A stretch of 63,662 bases of DNA, filler included, from Chiloscyllium plagiosum (Eukaryota): the NCBI RefSeq assembly GCF_004010195.1. It is 4 parts of one record of this genome, joined end to end, with 100 filler letters (N's around TTAATTAATTAA, not from the genome) between each part and the next. Parts side by side here need not be neighbours in the genome. Positions count along the whole stretch, not along the records: positions 23,511 to 38,172 come from NC_057710.1; positions 38,273 to 56,397 come from NC_057710.1; 2 more parts are not named here. One strand, 5' to 3'. The notes beneath the pieces were generated by a model that was not told where the DNA came from, searched no databases, and was given only the letters and a program-made list of their open reading frames with translations. A program made the translations under genes and the position numbers. Of this stretch, positions 36,258 to 48,404 are shown piece after piece (position 1 is the stretch's first letter; every line of letters starts with the position of its first letter).

Positions 36258-38172
36258 CTTTTTTTCTTTATAATATATTTTTATTAAGAAAAAATAGATT
36301 TTTAAATATTACAACAAATACAAAAAATGCAATTCAAAACAGTACAAAAATAGTACAAAACTAAACCCAAATAATAAAAAAAATTCCCTGACCCACCCTC
36401 CAATACGAATGTATAAACATATATAGAGAAGTATAAAATTAAAAAAAAACCTAAACTAGGTATTTAACTAACTAAATAAATACCTAACAACAAACAAATA
36501 GTAATAACTCAGCCCAGCCAAACAAAACACTCATACATTCACCGTTCCTCCTTCCTGGATATTGGACTCATGAAACACAATCGTTACGGCTATATAAAAG
36601 CCCTTGTTAGTGTGGAAGATAAATCTGTGTCCATTTCAAAAAGGGTTGCCATGTCTTGTAAAAATTCTCAGTTTTATGGTGTACCATATTTGTGAGAAAA
36701 TCCAGGAGGATATGCTCCATAACAATCTTCCGCCAACCCGACAGGCTTGGGGAGTTTTCTGATATCCAACCTAGCAAGATATTCTTCCTTGCACAGAATG
36801 TAAGAATATTGAAAAATTTTTCCTTGTGCGAGTCTGCAGGAAATGCAATGGGTAGGCCCAAAAGGAGCGAAATAGGGTCCTTCTCCACCCCTACATCTAA
36901 AATCCTCTCCATTGCACCCACCACAGTGCTCCAATATGTTTGAAGCCTGTCACAAGACCAAAGACAATGGGTAAGAGTACCCGTACAGACCTTGCACTTG
37001 GGACATGCTGAAGATACCCCTGGTTTAAATTTTGACAAACGGTCTGGGGCTAAGTGGACCCTGTGGAGAATCTTCAACTGTAAAGCATGGGTCCTATTGC
37101 AAATTGATATCTTCCTTGCATTCTCCCAAATATCCTCCCATGCCTCTGAAGAAACTTCAACACCCAGCTCTCCCACATCTTGTAGAGTCGATCAGACTCA
37201 TCTGAGGTGACACCCCCCCAATTGGTGATATAGAGTACTGACAGAGAGTGTACTCTTAGCCCTTTGTACCCCTCTTTCTATGTCAGATTTGTAGGGATCA
37301 GGCAAAAGTGTGGTCTTTTTTTGAATAAAATCCCTAACTTGAAAAAAATGAAAGAGGTCTCTATTAGGTAACTCATACTTCCATACTAACTGATCGAAGG
37401 ACATCATTACATCTCCCTCAAATAAATCACCCATGCAAGATATACCCTGAGCTGCCCAACGTTTAAATCCTGAATCTATCATACCTGGTTGAAAACTCGG
37501 CATACCTACTAAGGGTGTAAACAAAGATGTTTTGCCAATATTACCTTCCCTCTGCCGAATTGCCCTCCACGCTTTAACAGTATTGATGACTATTGGGTTA
37601 TGGCAACATTCCCTAACTGTCCTCACTTTGTCCAAAAACAGCAAACTGGTAAGGGGGCACCTTGCCTGGGAGACTTCGATATCTAACCGTATTGAAAGAG
37701 GGTCCCCACAAACCCAATCACTTACGTAGGTCAAAAGTGAGTTTAATTGGTAATTTTTCATGTCCAGAAGGTCTACCCCCCCAATCTATGAGGCAGATAA
37801 AGGAACTGAACCAACTGTTCAGTTTCCTGAGTGTTTGTTTATTGAAAATCAAGGGGAGCATCCGTATAGGGTATAGCAAACGAGGGAGAATATTCGTCTT
37901 AATAAGCGCTATCCGACCCAACCATGAGACTGGAAGTGCCTCCCATCTTTGGAGATCTTGTTTAATATTTTCAAATAATTGAGTAAAATTGGCTTTGAAC
38001 AGCCAATCCAGAACTGGAGTAATGAATATGCCCAAATACACAGAACCCCCCTGTGACCACCTAAATGGGAATCTATAATCACTCTCAAGAGCCAACTCTT
38101 TCGTAAGACCACCCATAGGCATAGCCTCTGATTTAGCAAAATTAATCTTATACCCTGAAAAAGCACCAAACG
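36258..38172 (-). mobile_element. L1-clade LINE, ORF2 C-terminal half plus 3' UTR and A-rich tail, cut by a gap
   Basis: GYKINFAKSE, YLGI, GRIALIKTNILPRLLY and the CCHC zinc motif CPKC...TLTHCLWSC in ORFs 37718..38122, 37198..37761 and 36607..37176; frameshifts present; AATAAA and an A-rich end near 36260-36285. Confidence 0.9.
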
Positions 38173-38272
38173 NNNNNNNNNNNNNNNNNNNNNNNNNNNN
38201 NNNNNNNNNNNNNNNNTTAATTAATTAANNNNNNNNNNNNNNNNNNNNNNNNNNNNNNNNNNNNNNNNNNNN
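38173..38272. other. Artificial scaffold spacer 44N-TTAATTAATTAA-44N (probable mis-join)
   Basis: Left flank is L1 ORF2 and the right flank is unrelated sequence; no bridging TSD seen. Confidence 0.95.
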
Positions 38273-38759
38273 TGGAGGTGGGGAGATAAAAGTTTGTTGT
38301 ACTTACAGTTTTTGATGTTTGAGATGGAGTTGAAATACTATTTGAGAGTATGAATTCTCCTGAGGATGTAGTACAGAGTGGGTCCTTTGCAATTCTGAGA
38401 GACTGTGGCCCTCAGCTGAGGCAGGGCTGACTATAGAGAGGTTAGGTGTCGGAGCATTGCTGCAAGCATGGAGCGGAGGATCTTGAAGGAGAACTGTTGC
38501 TGGTGTTTTTGAATCTGAGGAATGTTTGGACAGGCTAGCCTTGTATCAATGAAGTTTGGAAGAGTAAGATATTTAAGAGGGGGTCTTGACAGGGTAGATG
38601 TGGGAAAGATGTCTTTTTGTGGGAGAATCTAGAATTAAGGATCATGGTTTAGAATCATAAAGAATGAATAATATCCTGGTAAAGAGACCACTGGCCCTCG
38701 GAAGAGCATCCTGTTTCCAGAGCCAAACACTACTCTGTCCCCATAATCCCATATGATGT

Positions 38760-39604
38760 GAAGGTGCCAGTGATGGACTGGGGTGAACAAAGTTAAAAAT
38801 CGCACAACCCCAGATTATAGTCCAACAGGTTTATTTGTAAGTACTAGCTTTCAGAACCCTGCTACTACTTCAGATAGCTGTGGAGCAGGATCATAAGACA
38901 CAAAATTTATAGCAAATGATTACAGTGTCATGCAACTGAAACGATATATTGAACAAACCTAGACTGCTGTTATGTCTCTTGTCTTTTAGAATGTCTTGCC
39001 GGTTTAGTTCATTAATATCTAAATCCCAGAACTACTATTAAATCACATTCTCAAGGTAACTTAAGGTTGTATTAAAAAAAAGTGCCATCTCAGCTCAGAC
39101 AGTGCATCAAAGGTGTGACGTTAGAGTCTGTCTGTATCCCAATCTTGAGTCAGACTGGTTCTATTTCCAAAGTAGGAATTTATAAAATGTTGCATGGAGT
39201 AACTGCGTGCAGATTGTGTGGTTTTTGAGTAAATTAGAATGTATCTGCAAATAAGGTTCTGCAAATGCAAATTCACCCATAGACCTGTGTGTGTGTGTGT
39301 GTGTGTGTGATGGAGTATAAGCCTGTGAGAGGGTGTATGGGTGTGAGTGTGGGGAGTGTAGTTCTGGGATTTACCTATCAATGAACTGAAACCTGCAACC
39401 CATTCTAAAAGATGAAATACTTAACAGCAATCTAGGTTTGTTCAATATAGCTTTGCAGTTGCATGACACTGTGATCTTTTTATATACATTCTATGCTTAT
39501 GATCCTGCTCCACAGCTACCGGATGAAGGAGCAGTGATCCGAAAGCTAGTACTTGCAAATAAACCTGTTGGACTATAACCTGCTGTTGTGTGATTTTTAA
39601 CTTT
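38760..39604. mobile_element. Non-coding element with about 200-bp inverted ends bearing hammerhead-like motifs (PLE-type)
   Basis: About 38788-38992 is the reverse complement of about 39401-39604; contains (TG)12 at 39286-39309; terminus shared with 2863-2949. Confidence 0.7.
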
Positions 39605-39667
39605 CTCCACATTTATGTGGCTATCCCATCTAGCCTGCACATCTCTGCACTGTATGGGCTAAATTGC

Positions 39668-39843
39668 CATGGCCAATCCACCTAACCTGCACATCTTTGG
39701 ACTGTGGGAGCACTGAGCGGGAAACCCACGCAGACACGAGGAGAATGTGTAAATTCCATGCAGACACTCTGTAAGGCTAGAATTGCACCAGGATCCCTGC
39801 TGCTGTGAGGCAGCAGTGCTAACCACTGAGCCCATTGTGCCGT
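39668..39843 (-). mobile_element. HE1-type SINE
   Basis: Reverse complement of the HE1 head (GTGAGGCAGCAGTGCTAACCACTGAGCC) and core (GAAACCCACGCAGACAC). Confidence 0.85.
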
Positions 39844-40575
39844 TTAAGAATAATTTCTCAGCTATTTGAAGCAGAGATGAGAATTTTTATTTCTCAGCGG
39901 TCAGGAGTCTTTGGAACTCTCTTGGTGGAAAGATGGTGGAAGCAGTCTTTGAATGTTTGTTTCATGGTGGAGGTAGATTGATTCTTGATGAACAAAAGGT
40001 GAAAGGAGTAGGCATGAATGTGGAAGAGTTAGCTCACCCTTGATCTTACGGAATTGGCTTGATGGGTCAAGTTTGTTGGATATTTAAATTTTCTTTAAAA
40101 TTCCATTGGGTTGTGCTGAGTTATTGAATTGAGTTCACCCCTGTGATTTTCAGTTAACTGAAGCTCAATTTCACAAAATTCTCAAATGTTTACTCGTGAA
40201 ATATTAAACCTTCTGAGGAGTTCTAATGTTAGCTAATATCTTTAGTTGCTCCAGAAGTTAATCTCCTGTAATTAATGTGTACATATAGCGTGTGAACACA
40301 TTGCCACAGTATTTCTTAATTTCAAACTGTTTGATTTGGTTTTTTTTTTGAGTTCTGTACAGGGAGTTCCTGATCTATGAACATCCGATTTAAGAACACA
40401 TGTACTTACGTATGCGCATTCATGCACAATGTATTAATGTCAAAGATTCAACACTTGCTCATACTTCTGGCCATTTTATACTATCCTACGTTGCGCAAAA
40501 TGACTTGTGAACAGACTCCAAACGGAACCTGTTCACAACCTGGCAACTCCCTGCATTTTAATCAAGACTAAATAA

Positions 40576-40740
<165 letters not shown>

Positions 40741-41249
40741 TGATTTGAAATGACAGCAGTGATGTTTTGACCAATTGAATATTTGAATGCCTTGTATAAT
40801 GTTTCATGTACTTTTATTTTCCATTAAACACTAGCAGAAAATCACTTAATTGTAAATCAAAATATTTTAACAGGAGAAATAGAAAGTTATAATTATTCTA
40901 CTCCCAACTGAAGGAGACAAACTTTACAGGAGGTTGAATTATTCTCCTCTCTTTTCCCCACGCAATAAAGAAAGCAAAAAGTGTTAGTTACTTCATTGAC
41001 GGGTGGCCCACAGCAATACCACGCTGGGGTCAGCCTTGTAGCATGACACTTGGGGACACCCAGGCTAGCTGTGGGCCAAACTGATTATCTTGCAGCTCTG
41101 TTGATCCAGCAGCTCAGGAGATAGTAATGGCCCTAACTTGTTCTACAAGCTGCCCTCAAGAAAGGAGAGAATGCTAGTTTTTAGGTACCCCATTGAAGGG
41201 TTGGGAAACTACTGGGAAGTTGAGTTTTATCTTGGCAAAAGTTTTGTTT

Positions 41250-42350
41250 CATTCATTCCTGAGATATGAAATTTATTGCCCCTCCCTATTTACCCTTGAG
41301 AAGATGTTAAAGAGTGACTTTCCTGAGCCACAACAGTCCATTTGGTGTAGCTGTACCAATATTGCAATTGGGCAAGGAGTTCCAGGGTTTTGACCAGTGT
41401 TACTGAAGAAACACAGATGCATTTCCAAGTCAGGATGATGACTGGCTTGGAGGGGAACTTGCAGGTGATGGGGATCCCTGCCCTTGTCCTTCTAAATGGA
41501 AGTGGCCCTGGGTTTGGAAGGTGTTGTTTAAAAATCTTGGATGAATTTCTGCAGTGCATCTTGTGGATAATGTACACTGCTAGTACTGAGCGTTTGTGGC
41601 AGAGCAAGTGAATGCTTGTGCATGTAGTGCCAGTCAAGTGGGCTGCTTTGTCCTGGATGGTGTCAAGCTTCTTGAGTGTTGTTGGGACTGCACTCAATCA
41701 GACAAGTGGGGAGAATTCCATCACACTCCTGACTTGTACCTTGTAGATGGTGGGACAGGCTCTGGAGAGTCAGGAGGTGAGTTACTCACTGCAGTATGTC
41801 CAGCCTGTGACCTGCTCTTGTAGCCACTGTGTTTATGTGGTGAGTCCAGTTGAGTTCCTAGTCAATGATAGCCCCCAGGATGTTGATAGTGGGGGATTTA
41901 GTGATGGAAATACCATTGAATGTCAAGGGGTGATGGATAGATTGTCTCTTATGTGAGATGATAATAGCCTGGTGTAAATGTTAGTTGCCACTTGTCAGCC
42001 CAAACCTGAATATTGTCCAGATCTTGCATTTGAATGTGGACTGCTTCAGCATCTGAGGAGTATCTGAGCGAACGGTGCTGAACAATTTGTAATTATCAGC
42101 AAACATCTACCTTATGATGGAGGGAAAGTCGTTAATGAAGCAGGTGAAGCTGTTGAGCCGAGGGCATACCCTGTGTGCCAGGTATGATTCCCATTGATTC
42201 CAGTTTTGCTAGGCATCCTTGATGCCACTTCACTTGAATTTGATCTTGAATGTCAAGGGCTGTCACTCTCACCTCATATCTGCAATTCAGCTCTTTTATC
42301 CATGTTTGATCCAAGACTGTAATGAGGCCAGGAGCTGAGTGGCTCTCATG
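41250..42350 (-). mobile_element. Second CR1/L2-group LINE family, 3' portion
   Basis: ORF 41290..41697 PTTLKKLDTIQDKAAHL...YIIHKMHC; ORF 42132..42314 ALDI...WHQG; related pieces at about 16760-17200, 17985-18240, 28545-28680 and 61583-61860. Confidence 0.7.
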
Positions 42351-42384
42351 AAACCATTAAGGCTAGCTATATTATCAAGCAGGT

Positions 42385-42850
42385 TGGTAGGGATGAACCA
42401 GGGAATTACAGACCAGTGAATCTGTCATCAGTGGTTGGGAAACTATTGGAGAAAATTCTGAAGGAGAGAGTTAGTCTCCCTTTGGAGAGGCAAGGTTTGA
42501 TCAAGGATAGTCTGTTGGCTTTGTCAGAGGAAGTCCATATCTAGCAAATTAATTGTATTTTTAAAGGTGACCAGCTGTGGAGATAAGAGTAGTGGAGTTG
42601 ATGTGGTTAATATGCATTTCAGTAAAGCCTTTGAGGAGGTTCTACATGGGACATTTATAAAGATGATAAAAGGAAATGAGGTCCAGCATAATTTGGCAAG
42701 GTGGACCCAAAATCGCCTTAATGGTTGTGGACAGTGAGTGGTGGTGGTAAGCTATTTGTATTGATGGAGGCCAGTGTCCAGTGCTATACCACAAGGATCG
42801 GTGCTGGTCCCTTATAGTTCATAATATATATGTAAATAATCTAGGTGTGG
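42385..42850 (+). mobile_element. CR1 RT fragment
   Basis: PGNYRPVNLSSVVGKLLEKIL and later PQGSVL motifs. Confidence 0.75.
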
Positions 42851-43371
42851 GCGGGGAGGGATGGGGCAGGGGGCATGTAGGGGGGGCTGTTGGCATGTGA
42901 AAGGGAGAAGTTGTGTAGGTGGTTATTTGACACAGTTGTGTAGGTGGTTGATGTGAGGAAAAAGACTTAGGTTACAGCCGGATATAAACATACATCTAGA
43001 CGTTGAAGAAAGGAGCAGGAATAGGCCATTTGAACCCGGATCATTCACTCCATACCCTTATCTCGCTCACCTTTTCTTTCTCTCCCTCAATATCCCTTGA
43101 TCCCTTGATCCCTTTAACCACATAAGCTATATCTGCCTCCTCCTTGAAACTATATCAATGTTTTGGCCTCAATCACTTTCTGTGGCAGTGAAATCCATAG
43201 GCTCACCACTCTCTGGGTGAAGAAGTTCCTCCTCATCTCAATCCTAAAAGGTTTACTCCTTAACCTTAAATGGTGACCCCCTGCTTATGGTCATTGGGAA
43301 CATATTTACTGCAGCTAATCTGTTCAGGTTTTTTTATACTTTTATAGACTTTTATATATGTAAAGTGGTAT

Positions 43372-43688
43372 GCACAGTGGTTAGCACTGCTGCCTCACAG
43401 CGCCAGAGACCCGGGTTCAATTCCCGCCTCAGGCGACTGACTGTGTGGAGTTTGCACGTTCTCCCCGTGTCTGCGTGGGTTTCCTCCGGGTGCTCCGGTT
43501 TCCTCCCACAGTCCAAAGATGTGCAGGGTCAGGTGAATTGGCCATGCTAAGTTGCCTGTAGTGTTAGGTAAGGGGTAAATGTAGGGGTATGGGTGGGTTT
43601 CGCTTCGGCGGGTCGGTGTGGACTTGTTGGGCCGAAGGGCCTGTTTCCACGCTGTAATGTAATCTAATCTAATCTAATCTAATCTAAT
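43372..43688 (+). mobile_element. Young HE1-type SINE with (AATCT)n tail
   Basis: CpG-rich; A box GCACAGTGG and B box GGTTCAATTCC; tail GGGCCGAAGGGCCTGTTTCC then five or more AATCT units. Confidence 0.93.
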
Positions 43689-44029
43689 CACCCCTCATTC
43701 TTCCAAACTCCAGTTTTAGGCCTTCATCCTCTCCTCAGGTCAATTCTGCTCTCTGAGGTAAACCTTTGCTTCACTTCCTCTAAAGTAAAGGAGGCAGAAA
43801 CATAATCCTCTGGACATGGTCTCACCAATGTCTCTATAATCATAACGAGAGATCTTTGTTCCTGTCTTCATGAATGCCAACATACAGTTGGCCTTTACTG
43901 CCTACTGAAGCTGCATGCTTACTTTCATCGACTAGTGCATGAGGACACCCAGACCTCATTGAAGATTCTCCACTGTTAATTTACAACCATTCAAACAATG
44001 ATCTGCCTTTCTAATTTTGCTACCAAAAT

Positions 44030-44300
44030 TAATAAAGTTTGTGAGAAGATTTGTAGCTCGGGTGCTCGTTGTGGTTCTGTTCGCCGAGCTGGGAATTTGT
44101 GTTGCAGACGTTTCGTCCCCTGTCTATTCCTCCGGCATTTATAATGGTTTGTCTCTGCCGCAGAGACAAACCACTATAAATGCCGGAGGAAAGATCACAG
44201 AAGCGCTTCACAGGAGGCTCCCAAGCACTGAGGATGTCACCTAGACAGGGGATGAAACGTCTGCAACACAAATTCCCAGCTCGGCGAACAGAACCACAAC
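44030..44300. mobile_element. 271-bp doubly palindromic mini-PLE
   Basis: TSD ACCAAAAT at 44022-44029 and 44301-44308; outer arms 44068-44126 / 44242-44300; inner arms 44127-44158 / 44160-44191; sequence matches the 3' end of the PLE at 13525-13668. Confidence 0.88.
44225..44264 (+). ncRNA. Minimal type I hammerhead ribozyme motif (intact core)
   Basis: GCA-CUGAGGA-U-GUCACCU/AGAC/AGGGGAU-GAAAC-GUC-UGC: stem I GCA:UGC, stem II with one mismatch, palindromic ACGU stem III, GUC triplet. Confidence 0.75.
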
Positions 44301-44499
44301 ACCAAAATGGATGATCTCCCATCTATCCACATTATATTGCATCTTCCATGCATTTGCTCACTCACTCAACCTGTCCAAGTCGCATTGTCGCATTTCTGCA
44401 TCCTCCTCACAGCCCACCCTTCCATCCAGCTTTGTGCCGTCTTCATATTTAGAGATATTGCATTTAGTTCCCTCATCTAAAATCATTGACATATATTGT

Positions 44500-45250
44500 G
44501 AAACGCCGGGAAGATGGAATTTAACTCTAATAAGGGTGAGATGATACACTTTGAAAGATGTACAAGACAAAGAAATACTCAATTTATGGCATCTTTTTGA
44601 TATACATTTTCACAGATTCCTGAAGGCAGCGGGCAGGTTAATAGAATAGTTGGGAAACTACACAGGACAGTTGGTTTTATCAACCATGGCATTGATTATA
44701 GAGCAGTGCAAAACTATGGTTAGGATCCAGCTGGAGTGCTGTGTGCAGTTACAGTCACTGCACAATCAGAAGGATCTGACTGGACTACAATAGATGTAGA
44801 GGAGACTGACTAGGCTGTTCCATGTCATATAGCAGTTGAGCAATGAAGGATGGCTGGATAAATTCAGGGTGTTTTCTCTGGAGCAGTGAAGGCAGTAAGG
44901 AGACCTCATAGAGGTCTGTAAGATTGAAAGAGCATGGACAAGGTGGACAGAAAGCAGCTGTTTCCTTAGCTGAAGGTTCAATAACAAAGGGCATAATTTT
45001 AATTTGGAAGGTGGGAGATTTAAAGAAGATTTGAAGCGAAACATTTTCCCCCAGAGGATCGTGGGAATCTGGAATACACTGCTGAATAGGACAGTTAAGG
45101 TTGGAAACTTCATGACCTTTAAAAGTACTTGAATGAGCTCTTGAAATGTTGTAACAGTCCAGGCTATGGGCTAAGTGTTATAAAGTGGGACTAGTGTAGA
45201 TTTCGAGTAGTGTTTTGTTAGTTCAGATTTGATGGGCACTGTATGATTCT
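44500..45250 (+). mobile_element. Old CR1 3' fragment
   Basis: LECCVQ, GDLIEVCKI and FFPQRIVGIWN-like remnants. Confidence 0.7.
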
Positions 45251-45719
45251 TTTGGGTCAGTGAATAACAGACTGTAATGTCAGGATTTTTGTATTCATCT
45301 GCCTATGGTTTAATTTCTGAAATTGCAGTCAGTTTCGAAGTGACAATGACAAGGCATTGATGGCTTGTCTTCAAATGCCTTCACAAAATCCAGAACAGTA
45401 TCTAAACTGAAATTTCATTGCTGCATTTTAAAAAAATGAATTATCAATTGTCTCTTCACTCAGCATACTTTATGAAGCTCCTGTAATGTCAACACACTAG
45501 TTAGGAATTTTCTTCAGCTTCATAAAAATGTTATAAATGAGTTGTGAACAGGGGGAAAAAGAGAACATTTAAGATAGTTTGGAAAAACATTAATTGATAT
45601 TGACACTAAAAGCAAATGGTGGCATTGACTAAATCATCATAAAATAAGCTTGATAATTGCAATAAGTTTTGTACTTGCACTTGTTAGAAATGATAACCTT
45701 GAAGATTGCAGTGACATTT

Positions 45720-47006
45720 TTTTATGACTATTTGGCAAAGCGTAGTGTGATTAAAGGCAGTCAGCATGACTTTATGAGGGGCAGGTCATGTCTCACAAAT
45801 CGTATTGAGTTCTTTGAGGAGGTGTCAAGACAGGTCGACGACGGTTGAGCATTGGATGTGGTGTGAATGGATTTCAGCAAGGCATTTGATAGGGTTCCTC
45901 ATGGTAAGTTCATTCATAAAGTCAGGAAGTATGGGATACAGGGAGATGTGGCTATCTAGATTCAGAATTGGCTGGCTGACAGAAGGCACAGAGTGGTTGT
46001 ATTCTGCCTGGAGGACAATGTTGAGTGGGTCTCGCAGGGCTCTGTACTTGGGCCTCTGCTCTGTGTAGTTTTTATAAATTACTTGGATGAGGAGGTTGAG
46101 GGGTGGGTTAGTAAATTTGCAGGTGACACAAAGTTTGGAGGTGTCGTCGATAGTATAGAGGGCCGCTGCAGCGTGACATAGACAGAATGCAGAGCTGGGG
46201 TGAGAAATGACAGATGGAGTTCAACCTGGATAAATGCGAAGTGATGCATTTTGGAAGGTCGAACTCGAATGCTGAATATGGGATTAAAGACAGGATTCTT
46301 GGCAGTGTGGAGGAACAGAGGGATCTGGGTGTGCAAGTACATAGATCCTTCAAAGTTGTCACCCAAGTGGATAGGGTTGTTAAGAAAGCATATGGTTTTT
46401 TGGCTTTCATGAACAGGGGGATAGAGTTTAAGAGCCGTAAGGTTTTGCTGCAGCTCTATAAGTCCCTGGTGAGGCCACACTTGGAATATTGTGTCCAGTT
46501 CCAGTCACCCTACCATAGGAAAGATACAAAAGCTTTGGAGAGGGTGCAAAGAAGGTTTACCAGGATGCTGCCTGGACTGGAGGGCTTGCATTATGAAGAA
46601 AGTTTGAATAGGCTCAGACTTTTCTCTCTGGAGAGCAGGAGGAAGAGAGGAGACCTGATCGAGGTGTACAAAATAATGAGAGGAATAGATAGAGTCAATA
46701 GCCAGAGACTTTTCCCCAGGGCAGGATTGACTTGTATGAGGAGTCATAGTTGGAAGATATTAGGAGGAAGGGAAAAAGGAGATGTCAGAGGTAGGTTATT
46801 TACACACACAGTTGTGAATGCATGGAATGCGTTACCAGCAGTGGTGGTGGAAGCAGAGTCATTGGGGACATTTAAGCAACTTCTGGACATGCACATGGAT
46901 AGCAGTGATTTGAGGGGTGCGTAGATTGTTACTATATTTTACATTAGGATTAAATCTCAGCACAACATTGTGGACTAAAGGGCCTGTTCTGTGTTCTATG
47001 TTCTAT
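45720..47006 (+). mobile_element. CR1 LINE RT and C-terminus with 3' UTR
   Basis: ORF 46214..46924 QLYKSLVRPHLEYCVQF...LERVQRRFTRMLPG; QGSVLGP; (TTCTATG)n tail. Confidence 0.92.
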
Positions 47007-47222
47007 CTTGTAGCATTTGTTTTATGAAAGTATTGTTGGCAATGTAATGGTGTTCCCAATTTATCAATTGTGTTACAGCGAATTTGTGTTAACAAAACAT
47101 GTATAGTAGAGTGACCTGTACTTGCAGTAAGCATTTGGGATAAATCCTCCATTGGCACCTTAAACCTCCTGTTTGAAATTCCCTGCTTGAAAGATTTTGT
47201 TTGTTGGTTTTACTTATTGCAG

Positions 47223-47391
47223 ATCTTGGAGCCCAAGCTATTTCGTTATGCGCACAAGCTGGAAGTGCAGCGAACTGATGGAATATTAAATCACCCTTCT
47301 CCACTGCCACATCTTTATTCTGTTTCCTACTATCAATTGTCAGAGGAATTGGCAAGAACTTACCCAGAACTTACAATCCCAATCTTCTCAG
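47223..47391 (+). CDS. FRYL: Furry homolog-like protein, internal exon
   Basis: ttattgcAG acceptor and CAG|GTATAT donor; 169 nt, phase 0 to phase 1; ILEPKLFRYAHKLEVQRTDGILNHPSPLPHLYSVSYYQLSEELARTYPELTIPIFS. Confidence 0.95.
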
Positions 47392-48019
47392 GTATATTTC
47401 ATTATTTTCATGGGTGATACTTTTTGTTGTATTTTCTGTAGACATAAGCATTCAAATTTATGTGATAATGTATGTCTGAGAAAACCTTTTATGATTTATG
47501 TTGCATTTGAAAGATAATGTCGTTCATTTTCCTTTTGTTGTATACAGTATTTGAAAACAACTTTTTTTAAAAAGTTGAAGACCTGTATTATTTTCATTAG
47601 GCCTTCAATTTACTTAGAAGCCATCAACAATAGTTTGAGTTCATTGGGTTGTGAGTTGTTTTCCTTATTTTGATTTTCTATGTAATATGGCAAAAAACTG
47701 GATCATTAAATGTTCATAGATAATCATGGAGAGACCAAATACAAAGTGAACTCCAAAGTCTGATTTGGACTTGGATATTACTCTTAATTAACTTTGCAAG
47801 AATTGGTGTACGTCTCTGATAAAGTCTGTTTTACAATGGCACTAATTGGAGTCTCAATGGTTTCAGACTCCAGAATGACCTGATGGCAGTGTGACCCAGG
47901 GAAGCATGTTACTTGATGGATTTGTATAGTAAATAAGGATTTATAACTGTACTTAGTTTTCTTTCCTGTTAAGTACAGTTTTCTGTGCATTTCAGCTGTA
48001 GTGTGCTTTGACTGTTCTG

Positions 48020-48222
48020 ATCAGATTGGTGCTGGGAAAGCACAGCAGGTCAGGCAGAATCCGAGGAGCAGGAAAATCGGCTTTTCGGGCAAAAGCACTT
48101 CGTCAGGCTTTTGCCCAAAACGTCGATTTTCCTGCTCCTCAGATGCTGCCTGACCTCCTGTGCTTTTCCAGCACCACTCTAATTTTGACTCTGATCTCCA
48201 GCACCTACAGTCCACTTTTTCG
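48020..48222. mobile_element. Palindromic PLE-terminus remnant with degenerate hammerhead halves
   Basis: Arms about 48027-48096 / 48107-48176; minus-strand CUGACGA at 48100-48106; same family as 23266 and 27730. Confidence 0.78.
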
Positions 48223-48404
48223 TCTGTTCTTCTGACCAAGCAATTGCTTTGCTAGTGCTGGATAATGAAGATAACATGATTGATTTTGAAGTTATGACCT
48301 ATTGTACTATTTGTTCAGAAAAAGTGTGACTTAATTTCTTTTCTGATCATACTTTCTAATTCTTTGTTGTATGATTTTATTTGCACTCAATCTCTTTAAA
48401 TGTA

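Larger units (their letters stand above)
43005..44495 (-). mobile_element. CR1 3' portion hosting a young HE1 SINE and a mini-PLE
   Basis: ORF 44358..44582 CNISKYEDGTKL...DLDRLSE; host sequence is colinear around both insertions. Confidence 0.75.

Noticed and set aside
43372..43445. tRNA gene
   Set aside because: The A/B boxes continue into the HE1 core and LINE-derived tail, so these are SINE heads (likewise 4606, 13098, 16219, 59471).
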